A stretch of DNA of 20,000 nt, taken from IMG/VR virus record IMGVR_UViG_2690315748_000003, positions 45,642-65,641 of that record; one strand, given 5' to 3'. Positions within the stretch are counted from its first letter, which is position 1, and each line of letters opens with the position of its first letter. Below are positions 1 to 9,003 of the stretch, piece by piece. The translations under genes and the position numbers were made by a program. The notes below the pieces were generated by a model. It made no database searches. It saw only the letters and a list, made by a program, of their open reading frames with translations, and was not told the DNA's origin. This DNA is from an uncultured virus (IMG/VR IMGVR_UViG_2690315748_000003) (lineage: Duplodnaviria; Heunggongvirae; Uroviricota; Caudoviricetes).

Positions 1-1
1 C

Positions 2-1027
2 ATTATAAGTGTTTATGATATGTATGGTAACTTTGTGGACGAGAAAAGAAATGCGTTTACAGGTAAGGACTCAGGCGGTTTATTCATGTCTTTTGGTGAT
101 ATAAGCTTCATTGACGGACGTTTGTATGTAACAGCCTATAATATAAATTCTGGAGGTTCGACACCCTATGAATCTAGAATTGTTCAGTATAAAACTTACG
201 ATGATGGATTCAATCAGATTAGCGTAACAGATATTGGGGTTGGAGCAGCGGAGTGCATCATTGACCATGACGAATTTTTGTGGGTTAGTTATCATGACCA
301 ACAAATAATCAAGAAGTTCAGTAAAACATTATCGCTTGTAGCAAGCTACCCATTGCCAACGACTGCCAAAGCTTATGGGGGATACCAAGGGATTTTATGG
401 GAGGATGGAGCATTATACGCAAATATGCACGGGCCTAATGCCAAGGGGGGCGAGTTCGCAGGTGGAATTGATAAATTCACTTTTAAGAATAATACTTTTT
501 CCTATGTTGAAACAATTGTTCCGCCTACTTTTGGTTCTACACAAGGCATGTGCAAGTATAACGGGGTTTATTTATTCAATGATCGAGCTGAGAATAAAGT
601 GATAATCGTCAAAAATATAAGAGTCGGTGATCTTGAATTATTGGCGCGCTCCAGTTTGAATAACATTCTTGTGAAGCCGGAATTGAGTAACCATTGGGAG
701 ATATTTGATGCTAGTTACGATAGACCGCCAAAATATTATAAAGGTAATGACGGAAGAGTATACCTTTCTGGTATATGTAAAAATACCACTTTCGAGGATA
801 TTGCAAAATATATATTTCAATTGAAAAAAGGATACAGACCTAAGCACAGCCTTAATTTTGTTGTGTGGGGAGAAAATGGCCCATTACGGTTGGGGATCGT
901 CGGGAATAAAAGTACATCTACCGCAGATATGGCTGGACAAGTTATACCTACTCCTTCTGGGGTTGGATGGGTTTCCCTTGATGGTGTCAGTTTTCTAGCT
1001 GATCCAGACGATATAACCATCGTGTAA
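2..1027 (+). CDS. Phage tail/receptor-binding protein, 5'-truncated by the window: beta-propeller-like domain plus tail-fibre-type C-terminal domain
   Basis: The frame is open from base 2 (IISVYDMYG...), so the gene starts upstream of the window. The C-terminal block (WEIFD..PPKYYK..GRVYLSG..IFQLKKGYRP..WVSLDGVSF) resembles tail-fibre/baseplate C-terminal domains. It lies directly upstream of other tail genes. Confidence 0.65.
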   Translation: MISVYDMYGNFVDEKRNAFTGKDSGGLFMSFGDISFIDGRLYVTAYNINSGGSTPYESRIVQYKTYDDGFNQISVTDIGVGAAECIIDHDEFLWVSYHDQQIIKKFSKTLSLVASYPLPTTAKAYGGYQGILWEDGALYANMHGPNAKGGEFAGGIDKFTFKNNTFSYVETIVPPTFGSTQGMCKYNGVYLFNDRAENKVIIVKNIRVGDLELLARSSLNNILVKPELSNHWEIFDASYDRPPKYYKGNDGRVYLSGICKNTTFEDIAKYIFQLKKGYRPKHSLNFVVWGENGPLRLGIVGNKSTSTADMAGQVIPTPSGVGWVSLDGVSFLADPDDITIV

Positions 1028-1039
1028 TAGGAGGGCGCT

Positions 1040-1663
1040 ATGTTTGGTGGAGGATTCAATAGTTTAGGGTTTAATCAGCCAGCAGCAGAGGGGAATATTA
1101 TTGACCTCTCTGCTCACATGGCCGGACAAGGAAAAATGTACTCAAGGAAGATCGAAACAGGCAATGACAGCGATCAGGCGTTTAACCTGATGTCCTTTAA
1201 TACAACCAGCCCGGCAACGTCCGTGGAATATGTGCTAGATTTCGCGGTACATATGACCTTATCTGCACAGTTGTCTGGACAGGCTCAATTTAGTACTGAG
1301 TTCATCCGATCATTCGACCTGGAAGCCGAGCCGATGTCCGGTCAAGGACGTATGCAGGCTGAGTATATCCGTGAAATTGAGATGATAGCAGAGCGTATGT
1401 CTGGAGTAGGTAGCTTACATGCAGATGCTGACAGGTATCATACGGACTTTATCGAGTTTACAGATGTATTCCGACCTGGGGAAGTAATTGTTATCGATTC
1501 CGGCAAATTCAAAATTACAAGGAATGGACAGAATGTTTCACATCTTTACAATGGAGATTTCTTTGACTTGAATCTCGGTAATAACAACCTGACCTGGACG
1601 GACCCTGAGACAGGGCGGACAGTTTTGTTCCGTATTACACACCGAGATAAATTCTTATACTAA
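1040..1663 (+). CDS. Phage tail component (distal-tail-like C-terminal domain)
   Basis: RBS GGAGG. The C-terminus (GEVIVIDSGKFKITRNGQN..GDFFDLNLGNNNLTW..RDKFLY) is typical of siphophage distal tail proteins. Tightly coupled to the next gene. Confidence 0.65.
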   Translation: MFGGGFNSLGFNQPAAEGNIIDLSAHMAGQGKMYSRKIETGNDSDQAFNLMSFNTTSPATSVEYVLDFAVHMTLSAQLSGQAQFSTEFIRSFDLEAEPMSGQGRMQAEYIREIEMIAERMSGVGSLHADADRYHTDFIEFTDVFRPGEVIVIDSGKFKITRNGQNVSHLYNGDFFDLNLGNNNLTWTDPETGRTVLFRITHRDKFLY

Positions 1664-1675
1664 ATGAGGTGGATT

Positions 1676-3826
1676 ATGCCTACTCCAACTATGCAAGTCT
1701 TTGATAAAAATATGAGGCGCGTTGGTACGCTGGTGGACTCTTATGATATTCAACGGCGGAGGAGAATTAACAGCGACTATGAATTAACCTTTATGGTCCC
1801 AATGACCTCAGATGACTATCGTGAGAAAATAGCAATCAAGGGCCACGTTCGAGATGAGCGTGGCCAATTTTATGTCATACAGTCTCGAAGCCGGTCACGG
1901 GAAGGACGAAAGCTGACTGCAAATATCTATTGCAATCACATCATGTTTAAGCTTAACGATTACAAATTTCCATATGCCTCATACATCGCAGAAGCATATG
2001 GTATCCATATCAATCAACTCACAGACCTGATTACGGCAGCTACAGGCGGGAGATTCAAATTTGTTATCCATGACACATTCGATTTGCATGATATAAAAGA
2101 CTTTGGGCGCGGGACGTGTTTGGAAGCTCTCAATAAGATCGTGCAAATGTATGAGTGTGAAGTGGGGCCAGATAATTTTGTGATCAATTTGAGAAAAAAG
2201 ATCGGGGCTGATAATGGGCTACAATACAGACTCAAAAAGAATATCGTTTCTAGCTCCTTCAAAGATAAAGGGGAATCCCTTGTAACCCGCATGTTTTCGC
2301 AGATGAAGGATGGACGCACCTTTATTGGAATGGATGCATCTAAATTGACGGACGAGGAGCGGAGTTTGCTTTCCGGTGTGCCGGGAACTATTGTAAACGG
2401 GAAGCTGGCAGTTAACTACTTAATTTCTCCTTATGCTCAATATTGGACCAGTGATTCCGTACCATTTTATGATGGTGAAATCATAGAGCAGGATATTGAA
2501 GAACCTGAAGAGCTGCTTAAGGCTACTCGAAAGGCTCTCAGGGAGCAAGAAAACGTAACACTAGAAGTTACCGTATCAACGGCTGACCTATTTAAAATTG
2601 ACAATACAGAACCAGAACCGCATTTAGGTGACACGGTAATGTGTATTGATCCGGCTATGGATATGAACAAACTCAAAGCCCGAATAACAGAGCTTACAGA
2701 GTATCCGTATAGCCGAGACAAACACAGTGAGCCTACCATATCAAATGTCAATTTACGGGACTATGCAGATATCATTTCTGACCTGGAGCGGAACAAGAAT
2801 ATTATCAATAATCTGTTCAGTAACGGGAAGATCCGAACGGAAGTATTTGAGTCCTTTGCCAAGCAAGCCGTGATCGACATTGATAATTCCAAAACGGAAA
2901 TCAAGTACGATCAACGTGGCATAATCCTACAGGACAAGACCAATGCTCAGAACCAAGTTATTATGACTTCAAACGGGGTTGTTTTAACAACGGACGGAGG
3001 TAAAACAGCAAGAACAGCAATTACAGCACGTGGCGTTGTTGCTGAACAGATTGTCGGGCAGCTCGGAAACTTTGTATCCTTGGTTATTGGTAGTGGCAAT
3101 AACGTAACCAAAATTAATACGAACGGAATCAGTGCAGGGAATGACGACTATACCATTGCGCCATTCCGGGTAGACATGCAGGGGAATGTTGTTGCCAGGT
3201 CAATCAAGCTTACGGGCCAAATTGATAACTCAGAAATGAATGCTTCAGATATTAGAGCAAGTACAGTTAATGCAAGTACAATACGTGGCAGTAAACTGAT
3301 CGGCAATGAAATAGAAGGCGGTATTATTACAGGGGCCTTATTCCGTACAGCCAAAGAGGGTAGGCGCATAGAAATAAATTCTAATGGTCTTACTGCTTAT
3401 AATTCTCGTGGCGGAGAAGCTGTCTCATTAGGTCAGTATAATGATGGAGGCGGCTTATTGTTTATGGATGATGGCTCGCCGAGAGGAAGTGTCTACGGAG
3501 ATAGAGAAGGATTTCATATGGGGAACATGGGACCTATTATCATAAGATCAGTTGACGATGCTACGTACTTAAAAGGACCTGTAGATTTCTCTGAGGCATT
3601 CGTGAGTGGTCTTGATCTTAAGCCGGGGAGTATCGAAGGACTTGAGGATACAATCAGCAGTTTCCGTAATGAAATAGCCGAGATTCGTGGCGATTTGTTT
3701 AATGGATTAATTGTTAATGCGACATTTGATCCAAGTTCCAGGAATCTAAAACTGTTCAGTCGTGGTAGAACGGTTGCAACAGTCAATATACCTGCTGGCG
3801 GAAGTACAAGTAGCTTGACAACATAA
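1676..3826 (+). CDS. Phage tail spike / prophage endopeptidase-type tail protein (Tal-like)
   Basis: RBS GAGGTGG before ATG 1676. The N-terminal architecture (RRINSDYELTF..LEALNKIVQMYECE..GLQYRLKKNI..HLGDTV) and later TTDGGKT..AITARG and GGIITG segments are typical of Bacillota siphophage minor tail proteins. Confidence 0.8.
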   Translation: MPTPTMQVFDKNMRRVGTLVDSYDIQRRRRINSDYELTFMVPMTSDDYREKIAIKGHVRDERGQFYVIQSRSRSREGRKLTANIYCNHIMFKLNDYKFPYASYIAEAYGIHINQLTDLITAATGGRFKFVIHDTFDLHDIKDFGRGTCLEALNKIVQMYECEVGPDNFVINLRKKIGADNGLQYRLKKNIVSSSFKDKGESLVTRMFSQMKDGRTFIGMDASKLTDEERSLLSGVPGTIVNGKLAVNYLISPYAQYWTSDSVPFYDGEIIEQDIEEPEELLKATRKALREQENVTLEVTVSTADLFKIDNTEPEPHLGDTVMCIDPAMDMNKLKARITELTEYPYSRDKHSEPTISNVNLRDYADIISDLERNKNIINNLFSNGKIRTEVFESFAKQAVIDIDNSKTEIKYDQRGIILQDKTNAQNQVIMTSNGVVLTTDGGKTARTAITARGVVAEQIVGQLGNFVSLVIGSGNNVTKINTNGISAGNDDYTIAPFRVDMQGNVVARSIKLTGQIDNSEMNASDIRASTVNASTIRGSKLIGNEIEGGIITGALFRTAKEGRRIEINSNGLTAYNSRGGEAVSLGQYNDGGGLLFMDDGSPRGSVYGDREGFHMGNMGPIIIRSVDDATYLKGPVDFSEAFVSGLDLKPGSIEGLEDTISSFRNEIAEIRGDLFNGLIVNATFDPSSRNLKLFSRGRTVATVNIPAGGSTSSLTT

Positions 3827-3828
3827 TG

Positions 3829-3857
3829 TTTACTGCACCTTCTATGGATGGTAATAT
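3829..3857 (+). promoter_or_regulatory. Putative sigma-A promoter of the moron
   Basis: TTTACT-17 bp-TAATAT with an extended -10 TG, upstream of RBS AGGAGG. Confidence 0.45.
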
Positions 3858-3887
3858 TAGGACATATATACTACATAGGAGGTTCTA

Positions 3888-4472
3888 ATGATGAAAAAAT
3901 GGTCATATTTGCTCATTGGTCTGTTGATCGGTGTGGTTTTTGCTACGACTGGAAACGCATTTGCGGATCAAATTAAATCTATGGTTGGGCAGACAGTGGC
4001 AGGAGAGTATAGTGTAAAGGTTAATGGTAATTCCCTGTCTGAAAACGCGATAGTCGTTGATGGAAAAGCACATGTTCCGCTTCGCGCTGTCACCGACTCT
4101 TTAGGGGCGAGTTTAAAAGTGGATGGTAAAACAATTCAAATTGAATCGTCGGAAAATTCTTCTTCAAAACAAACTGATAATATGGCACAGTCTGTTTCGA
4201 ATAAATACCAAGGGTGGCCTATTTCTAAGTTAGAAGATAGAAAATCAGAGCTTGAAAAATTTGTGACTGATAGCGAAAAGGATAAAGAGAGCATGCTAAA
4301 ATCTCTCGAAAAATATAGTAAATTTAAGACTGAATATTCAGGAAATGAAAAACTGATGGAAAAGCTAGATTCCGAAACAAAAGATACTGAAGAACGCATA
4401 AAGGCAGCAGAAAACAATATAGCTAAATACAAATCTGACTTAGCCGAAGTAAATGCTGCCCTCACGAAGTAA
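3888..4472 (+). CDS. Exported protein with copper-amine-oxidase-N/stalk-like domain and coiled-coil tail (moron)
   Basis: Signal peptide (MKKWSYLLIGLLIGVVFATTGNAFA), DGKAHVPLRAVTDSLG motif, K/E-rich heptad C-terminus. Confidence 0.65.
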   Translation: MMKKWSYLLIGLLIGVVFATTGNAFADQIKSMVGQTVAGEYSVKVNGNSLSENAIVVDGKAHVPLRAVTDSLGASLKVDGKTIQIESSENSSSKQTDNMAQSVSNKYQGWPISKLEDRKSELEKFVTDSEKDKESMLKSLEKYSKFKTEYSGNEKLMEKLDSETKDTEERIKAAENNIAKYKSDLAEVNAALTK

Positions 4473-4475
4473 TTC

Positions 4476-5174
4476 ATGAACAAAAAGATAAAACAGGCAT
4501 GGATTATTTTGACGGTTGTTGTTGGGCTTTTTATTGTAGTATGCGTTTCATCTTTTCTATCGGAGAACAAGGAACTGGATGAAGCATCTGTACCTGTAAT
4601 TAATAATCATTGGTACTACGAATTTACAGATGATCAAATACAAGCGGCAATAAATAAAGGGCTAGAGAGTGATCGTAGTGATATGTTTCAAGAGGAATCT
4701 AGCAGGATAATCAAGGTTCATGAAAACAATTTGTTAGAAATGAAAGAAAATCCACCATTAGTATATTTCTACACACCAACATATCAAATCATAAGAAGAG
4801 CATATAAGGACTCTCAAAAGATGGATATGCCTTCAGTCAGTGATGTAAGACGAGATAACATAAACGAAAATTTCTTGTACTTCTCTATTGATGTAGGTAT
4901 GAATAGGGAAGACGCTTACCAGAATTTCCATGCTGTCTTAAGACAGGGAGATGTCACATTACAGCCTGTAGGTGGTAAATTAGCCAGATTAGACAGTCCA
5001 TCTACAAAGATTTTTTCTCCTGGTGAGGGCCAAACGAAATACACTAAGGAAGTTATTGCTCCTTTTATGATTGACGATAAGATTAATCTAAAAGAGCCGT
5101 TATATTTAACATTCATCTATTCAGGTAAGAATGATACTGCAACTTATGAAATAATCCCTTCACAACAAAGATGA
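4476..5174 (+). CDS. Membrane-anchored hypothetical protein (moron)
   Basis: 232 aa ORF with one N-terminal hydrophobic helix, 3 bp after the previous stop. Confidence 0.6.
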   Translation: MNKKIKQAWIILTVVVGLFIVVCVSSFLSENKELDEASVPVINNHWYYEFTDDQIQAAINKGLESDRSDMFQEESSRIIKVHENNLLEMKENPPLVYFYTPTYQIIRRAYKDSQKMDMPSVSDVRRDNINENFLYFSIDVGMNREDAYQNFHAVLRQGDVTLQPVGGKLARLDSPSTKIFSPGEGQTKYTKEVIAPFMIDDKINLKEPLYLTFIYSGKNDTATYEIIPSQQR

Positions 5175-5232
5175 AGAAAACGGTTAATCCGTAGTAAATA
5201 AGTAATCAAATACAAATACAATACAAGTATGA

Positions 5233-5261
5233 AAGCCTCTGATAAATCAGGGGCTTATTTT
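5233..5261 (+). terminator. Intrinsic terminator closing the moron
   Basis: AAGCCTCTGA-taaa-TCAGGGGCTT followed by ATTTT. Confidence 0.65.
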
Positions 5262-5286
5262 GCGTCTTGAGGGGGTGACGAAACCC

Positions 5287-5508
5287 ATGGCAAAAATAAA
5301 ATCTACATTGGATATACAACTGGATCTAACCAGACCTGTTGAGGATTTGACCGAGGTCATTTCTGCTGTTATTGCTTCGCAACCAGCGCGCCGGAAGGAA
5401 ATACTTAAAGGTTTGGATATGGCAGTAGGAAATGCATTAGCAGAGATACAGGCCCAAGAAGAAAAGGAACAGAAAGTAGACGATGATAGCTCAGGAAAAG
5501 TTTCCTGA
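5287..5508 (+). CDS. Small phage hypothetical protein
   Basis: ATG 5287 after GAGGGGGTG; 73 aa, immediately before the holin. Confidence 0.55.
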   Translation: MAKIKSTLDIQLDLTRPVEDLTEVISAVIASQPARRKEILKGLDMAVGNALAEIQAQEEKEQKVDDDSSGKVS

Positions 5509-5530
5509 ACGGAGAGACGGGGGAAGCAAG

Positions 5531-5983
5531 GTGGATAAGTGGGAGGTTTTTAAGTTCAGCACTGCTTTAGGAAGTAGCGCTGTGACGTATTTTTACGGTG
5601 GGTGGTCGGGAGTATTGGGGGTGTTACTTGCACTGGTCATTATTGATTATGTGACCGGATTATTTGCGGCTGGCGCAGAAGGTAAGAAGGGTACCGGACC
5701 TGGTTTAAAAAGTAAGATCGGTCTTATTGGTATCGCTCGAAAGGTATTTATTTTTACGATGGTAGCAGTATCCCATCTAATTGATGGAGTCTTAGGCGAT
5801 TCGCACTTATTCCGGGATGCGGTCGCCTATTTTTATATGGCAAATGAGCTTTTGTCCATTTTGGAGAATGGCGGCAGACTCGGCGTACCTATCCCGCCAG
5901 TGATCCGACAGGCCGTAGAAGTTTTGAAAAGTAAGAGTGGTAAGGAAGGAGAGAAAGAAGATGCAACGACGAAACAGCCGTAA
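5531..5983 (+). CDS. Phage holin (toxin secretion/phage lysis holin family)
   Basis: GTG start. Motifs IIDYVTG, KSKIGLIGIARK and NELLSILENGGRLGVPIP; directly upstream of the endolysin. Confidence 0.9.
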   Translation: MDKWEVFKFSTALGSSAVTYFYGGWSGVLGVLLALVIIDYVTGLFAAGAEGKKGTGPGLKSKIGLIGIARKVFIFTMVAVSHLIDGVLGDSHLFRDAVAYFYMANELLSILENGGRLGVPIPPVIRQAVEVLKSKSGKEGEKEDATTKQP

Positions 5984-6911
5984 TGCAAGAGGGATCGACG
6001 TATCCAGATATCAAGGAAAGATTGATTGGAAGGCGGTTAAGGCTGATGGTATTTCATTTGCCTTCGTTAAAGCAAGTCAGGGACAACGTTATGTTGATCC
6101 GACATTCATTACAAATGCCAAAAGGGCCAAGGAAGCAGGTGTATTACTGGGAGCATACCATTTCCTAGATGCAACCAACGTTGACGCAGCAAAAGTAGAA
6201 GCAAAGCATTTTGCTGATGTGTTGGACCAGGTTGGAGGCGCTAAAACGTTGGACCTTCCTCCGGTGATGGACTATGAAAACAATCCCGGCAACTTGTCCA
6301 AAACACTTATTAGTGCTGTAGCTTTGGCCTTCCTGCTTGAGCTGGAGAGACTTACAGGACGCAAGCCCATTATCTATACAGGCAATGCATTCGCAGCTAA
6401 TTTTAACGCCTCATTGGGCGGTTACCCACTATGGATAGCCCGGTATAGTGATACTCGCGTCCCAAGCGATACAGTGACGTGGAAACGTTGGGATATTTGG
6501 CAATATAGCGATAGCGGCAAGGTAGCAGGGATAAAAGGGAACGTGGATATGAATGAGTATGATGGTACGGCGGACGAGCTGCGTGAACGTTTCACAAAGC
6601 GCCCTGAGCAGCCGGAGACAGTCACGTCCGGTACGTTCATCGTAAATGGCAAACAGGTAGGGAAGACGCTGCTCTTTAGTGGCAGGACGTATGTTCCGCT
6701 GCGTGTGCTTGCTACTGTGTTGGGCTTATCGTGTCATTGGGACACCAGTCTCAAGGTCGCTTATTTAAATGGAGCCAAGCTGCATTTTATCCAACTGGTC
6801 GAAGGAGTGGCATACGTGCAGCTCAGACCCGTTGCGGAGGCATACGGCGCTGTAGTGTCCTGGGATTCAAAAAATAAAATCGCATCGTTGAAAACGAAAG
6901 GGGATAAATAA
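5961..6911 (+). CDS. Endolysin, GH25 muramidase with C-terminal copper-amine-oxidase-N-like binding domain
   Basis: GIDVSRYQG, FVKASQG, GAYHF, DYE, LWIARY, WQYS and VDMN motifs of GH25. C-terminal TYVPLR and AYVQLRPVAE repeats. Confidence 0.92.
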   Translation: MQRRNSRNARGIDVSRYQGKIDWKAVKADGISFAFVKASQGQRYVDPTFITNAKRAKEAGVLLGAYHFLDATNVDAAKVEAKHFADVLDQVGGAKTLDLPPVMDYENNPGNLSKTLISAVALAFLLELERLTGRKPIIYTGNAFAANFNASLGGYPLWIARYSDTRVPSDTVTWKRWDIWQYSDSGKVAGIKGNVDMNEYDGTADELRERFTKRPEQPETVTSGTFIVNGKQVGKTLLFSGRTYVPLRVLATVLGLSCHWDTSLKVAYLNGAKLHFIQLVEGVAYVQLRPVAEAYGAVVSWDSKNKIASLKTKGDK

Positions 6912-6913
6912 TC

Positions 6914-7474
6914 ATGCAAACCATTATCGAAACTGTACAGCCTTATGTAAATACCATTGTCACAGCCGCTGCGGGTGTACTTACAGCGTTTGTTTTAGGA
7001 GGTCTGAACAAACTCAAGACTAAGGTTAACGTATGGTTAGAGGCGCGTACAACGGCAGCACAGAGGGAAGTAATTCATAAGATCGCTGGGGAAGGATTTG
7101 CTTTTGCTCAGACAGCTTTTAAGCAAGCTGGAGGCGAGCGCAAGCTTCAAGAGGCTTTACAGTATGCTACACTCCGTTTGGCAGAACAAGGTATTACAGT
7201 GTCAGTTGTGGAGCTTCAAGCCGCGATTGAGAAAGCATACCTGGAGTATAAGGCTAAGACAAAAGCGGTACTCGCTACTGAAGCACAGCCGAACGAGGAG
7301 ACAGCACAGACCGCAGCTAAGGAAGCTGTATCGGATCTGGCTGCAAAGCTTAATGATTTCTTGGCACAGGCTACAGCTGAGATAGCGACCATTGCTCCTG
7401 CTCAGGTTCAACCTGAACCAGAGCCTATTCCCGCACCAGTAGAATCGGAACAAACACCTGTTACTGCGGATTAA
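6914..7474 (+). CDS. Second holin-like protein (LL-H family-like)
   Basis: Single N-terminal TM helix, GERKLQEAL..LQAAIEKAY pattern, directly after the endolysin, Pro/Glu-rich tail. Confidence 0.7.
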   Translation: MQTIIETVQPYVNTIVTAAAGVLTAFVLGGLNKLKTKVNVWLEARTTAAQREVIHKIAGEGFAFAQTAFKQAGGERKLQEALQYATLRLAEQGITVSVVELQAAIEKAYLEYKAKTKAVLATEAQPNEETAQTAAKEAVSDLAAKLNDFLAQATAEIATIAPAQVQPEPEPIPAPVESEQTPVTAD

Positions 7475-7515
7475 GGCCAATGCAGCTACAGTTACAAAGT
7501 AATTCATCAAAAAAG

Positions 7516-7544
7516 TACCCTGCTGGTTTGTGCTGGCAGGGTAT
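7516..7544 (+). terminator. Hairpin after the lysis module (repeat family A)
   Basis: TACCCTGCTGG-tttgtg-CTGGCAGGGTA; an A-run on the left suggests it also works on the minus strand. Confidence 0.6.
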
Positions 7545-7634
7545 TGAAAATGTGTTAATTAGAAAAATTGAATTATTTGCATATTATTTTATCTTTTTAT
7601 CATTGTTAATTGAAGTTACAAAGGTGGATTTATA

Positions 7635-8471
7635 TTGTTTCATATACTAAGAATTATAGTAATTACCTTAGGGTTATTTTGTTCTCCGACAGGCATGTAT
7701 AGTTTAACGAGTACGAGTGGTGATTTCCACCAAGAAGTGAAAGTGTTAAAGGTTGACAAGAATTATAGGGCATGGCAAGGTGTCGCTTCTGACGGAACAA
7801 ATATTTACATTACATCTGACCGTGATGAAAATTTCAAGCTTTCCAATACGATATCTACATACACAATTGACGGTAGTTTTGTAACTGAGAAAACGAATGC
7901 TTATACAGAAACAGATCAGAAAGGGCTTTTTATGTCTTTCGGGGATTGTTACATTACAGATGGGTACCTTTACGCAACGGTATATAATTTTAATTCGGGG
8001 CCATCAACAGAGGAACGAATAAGTAGAATTGTAAAGTATAGCCTTCCTGATTTGAAACAGGTAGATGAGTTCGACATAGGGTATGGCACAGCAGAGTCTT
8101 TAGCAGAATATAATAATACGTACTGGGTAGTTTACCATGACTTAAATGAGATTAGACAATTTGATAAAGATTTTAATCTAATAAAGTCATACCCCTTATC
8201 AGAGAACTTTGGAAATGATGGTGGTTATCAAGGTATCTTTTTTGATGAGGATGAGTTATACGCTAACCTACATGGCGCCAATAAATATGGAGAAAATTAT
8301 GCGCAAGGACTGGATCATTACCATTTTAATGGTAGGGAGTTTAGATTTATTGAGCGTATAAAACCCCCTACATATGGAGCAGGTCAAGGTGTTGAAAAAG
8401 TTGGAAAATTATATCTATGGGCTGATCGTCCTGGAAATAGCATAATAGTTACCGAAAAAATTAAGAATTAA
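7635..8471 (+). CDS. Putatively exported beta-propeller protein, paralog of the tail protein domain at 2-1027
   Basis: TTG start after AAAGGTGG and a hydrophobic N-terminus. Shares ordered motifs with the tail ORF: GLFMSFGD, DGxLY, SRIVxY, GGYQGI, LYANxHG, PPTxGxxQG, DR. Confidence 0.75.
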   Translation: MFHILRIIVITLGLFCSPTGMYSLTSTSGDFHQEVKVLKVDKNYRAWQGVASDGTNIYITSDRDENFKLSNTISTYTIDGSFVTEKTNAYTETDQKGLFMSFGDCYITDGYLYATVYNFNSGPSTEERISRIVKYSLPDLKQVDEFDIGYGTAESLAEYNNTYWVVYHDLNEIRQFDKDFNLIKSYPLSENFGNDGGYQGIFFDEDELYANLHGANKYGENYAQGLDHYHFNGREFRFIERIKPPTYGAGQGVEKVGKLYLWADRPGNSIIVTEKIKN

Positions 8472-8595
8472 TTCTGTTTCCGTTTGCTAAGATGAATTTA
8501 GATGGAAAATTAATGATATACAAAAAATTACTAAGCATTGTATAATCATAACAACACATTCGGAAGCACCGTTGTGCAATCCGAAAGCATCGGTG

Positions 8596-8629
8596 ATACC
8601 CTGCTGGCATACGCTGGTGGGGTGTTTTT
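8596..8629 (+). terminator. Intrinsic terminator (repeat family A)
   Basis: ATACCCTGCTGGC-atac-GCTGGTGGGGTGT followed by TTTT. Confidence 0.65.
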
Positions 8630-8660
8630 CTGTTTTATAGGGGGTGCTATTGCTAAAAAC

Positions 8661-8706
8661 AAATAAAGTATTTTCTTAGTGCTTAGGCTAAGAAAATACT
8701 TTATTT
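8661..8706. repeat. Perfect 19-bp inverted repeat, probable terminator of the minus-strand gene pair
   Basis: AAATAAAGTATTTTCTTAG-8 nt-CTAAGAAAATACTTTATTT. Confidence 0.75.
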
Positions 8707-8715
8707 AATGTCTGT

Positions 8716-8973
8716 TTAATCTTCAGGTTTCAAAAAAACTTTATAGGTTATATCATGAGCTACCGAGCTTTGAGTGCTTGGGCTAGCATCAAAATTATAG
8801 TCGTACGGGTTTGTATCAAAACTATACATAACATCTAGCACACGATAAAGTTTATTATTCCATAAAATCATTTCTCCTTTTCTTGGGACAAAAGGCAGGG
8901 CAACCAGGTCGAAATTTTCAGCGTAGTAGCCCTCTTTATCATTTAATACAATTGCTAATTCGATAACTTTCAA
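8716..8973 (-). CDS. Small acidic hypothetical protein
   Basis: ORF track 8716-8988; probable TTG start at 8973 after GAGAGGTGAGG; co-oriented with the upstream secreted protein. Confidence 0.55.
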   Translation of the reverse strand: MKVIELAIVLNDKEGYYAENFDLVALPFVPRKGEMILWNNKLYRVLDVMYSFDTNPYDYNFDASPSTQSSVAHDITYKVFLKPED

Positions 8974-9003
8974 TTCCTCACCTCTCAAATGTAGAAATAC
9001 TCT

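Noticed and set aside
2014..3786. Several minus-strand ORFs within the tail spike gene
   Set aside because: Ser/Ile/Leu-rich antisense artefacts with no independent support.
3815..3820. Perfect TTGACA at the end of the tail gene
   Set aside because: No -10 hexamer at 16-18 bp spacing; the TTTACT/TAATAT pair fits better.
5204..5226. Short CAAATA-like tandem repeats
   Set aside because: Low-complexity AT-rich intergenic sequence with no supporting context.
2..8471. Tail domain and its paralog as a diversity-generating retroelement VR/TR pair
   Set aside because: Divergence is spread over all bases rather than adenine-specific, both copies are full ORFs, and there is no reverse transcriptase.
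8558..8595. Direct repeats as a possible mini-CRISPR array
   Set aside because: Only two 17-bp imperfect copies with 4 bp between them; no spacers and no cas genes.
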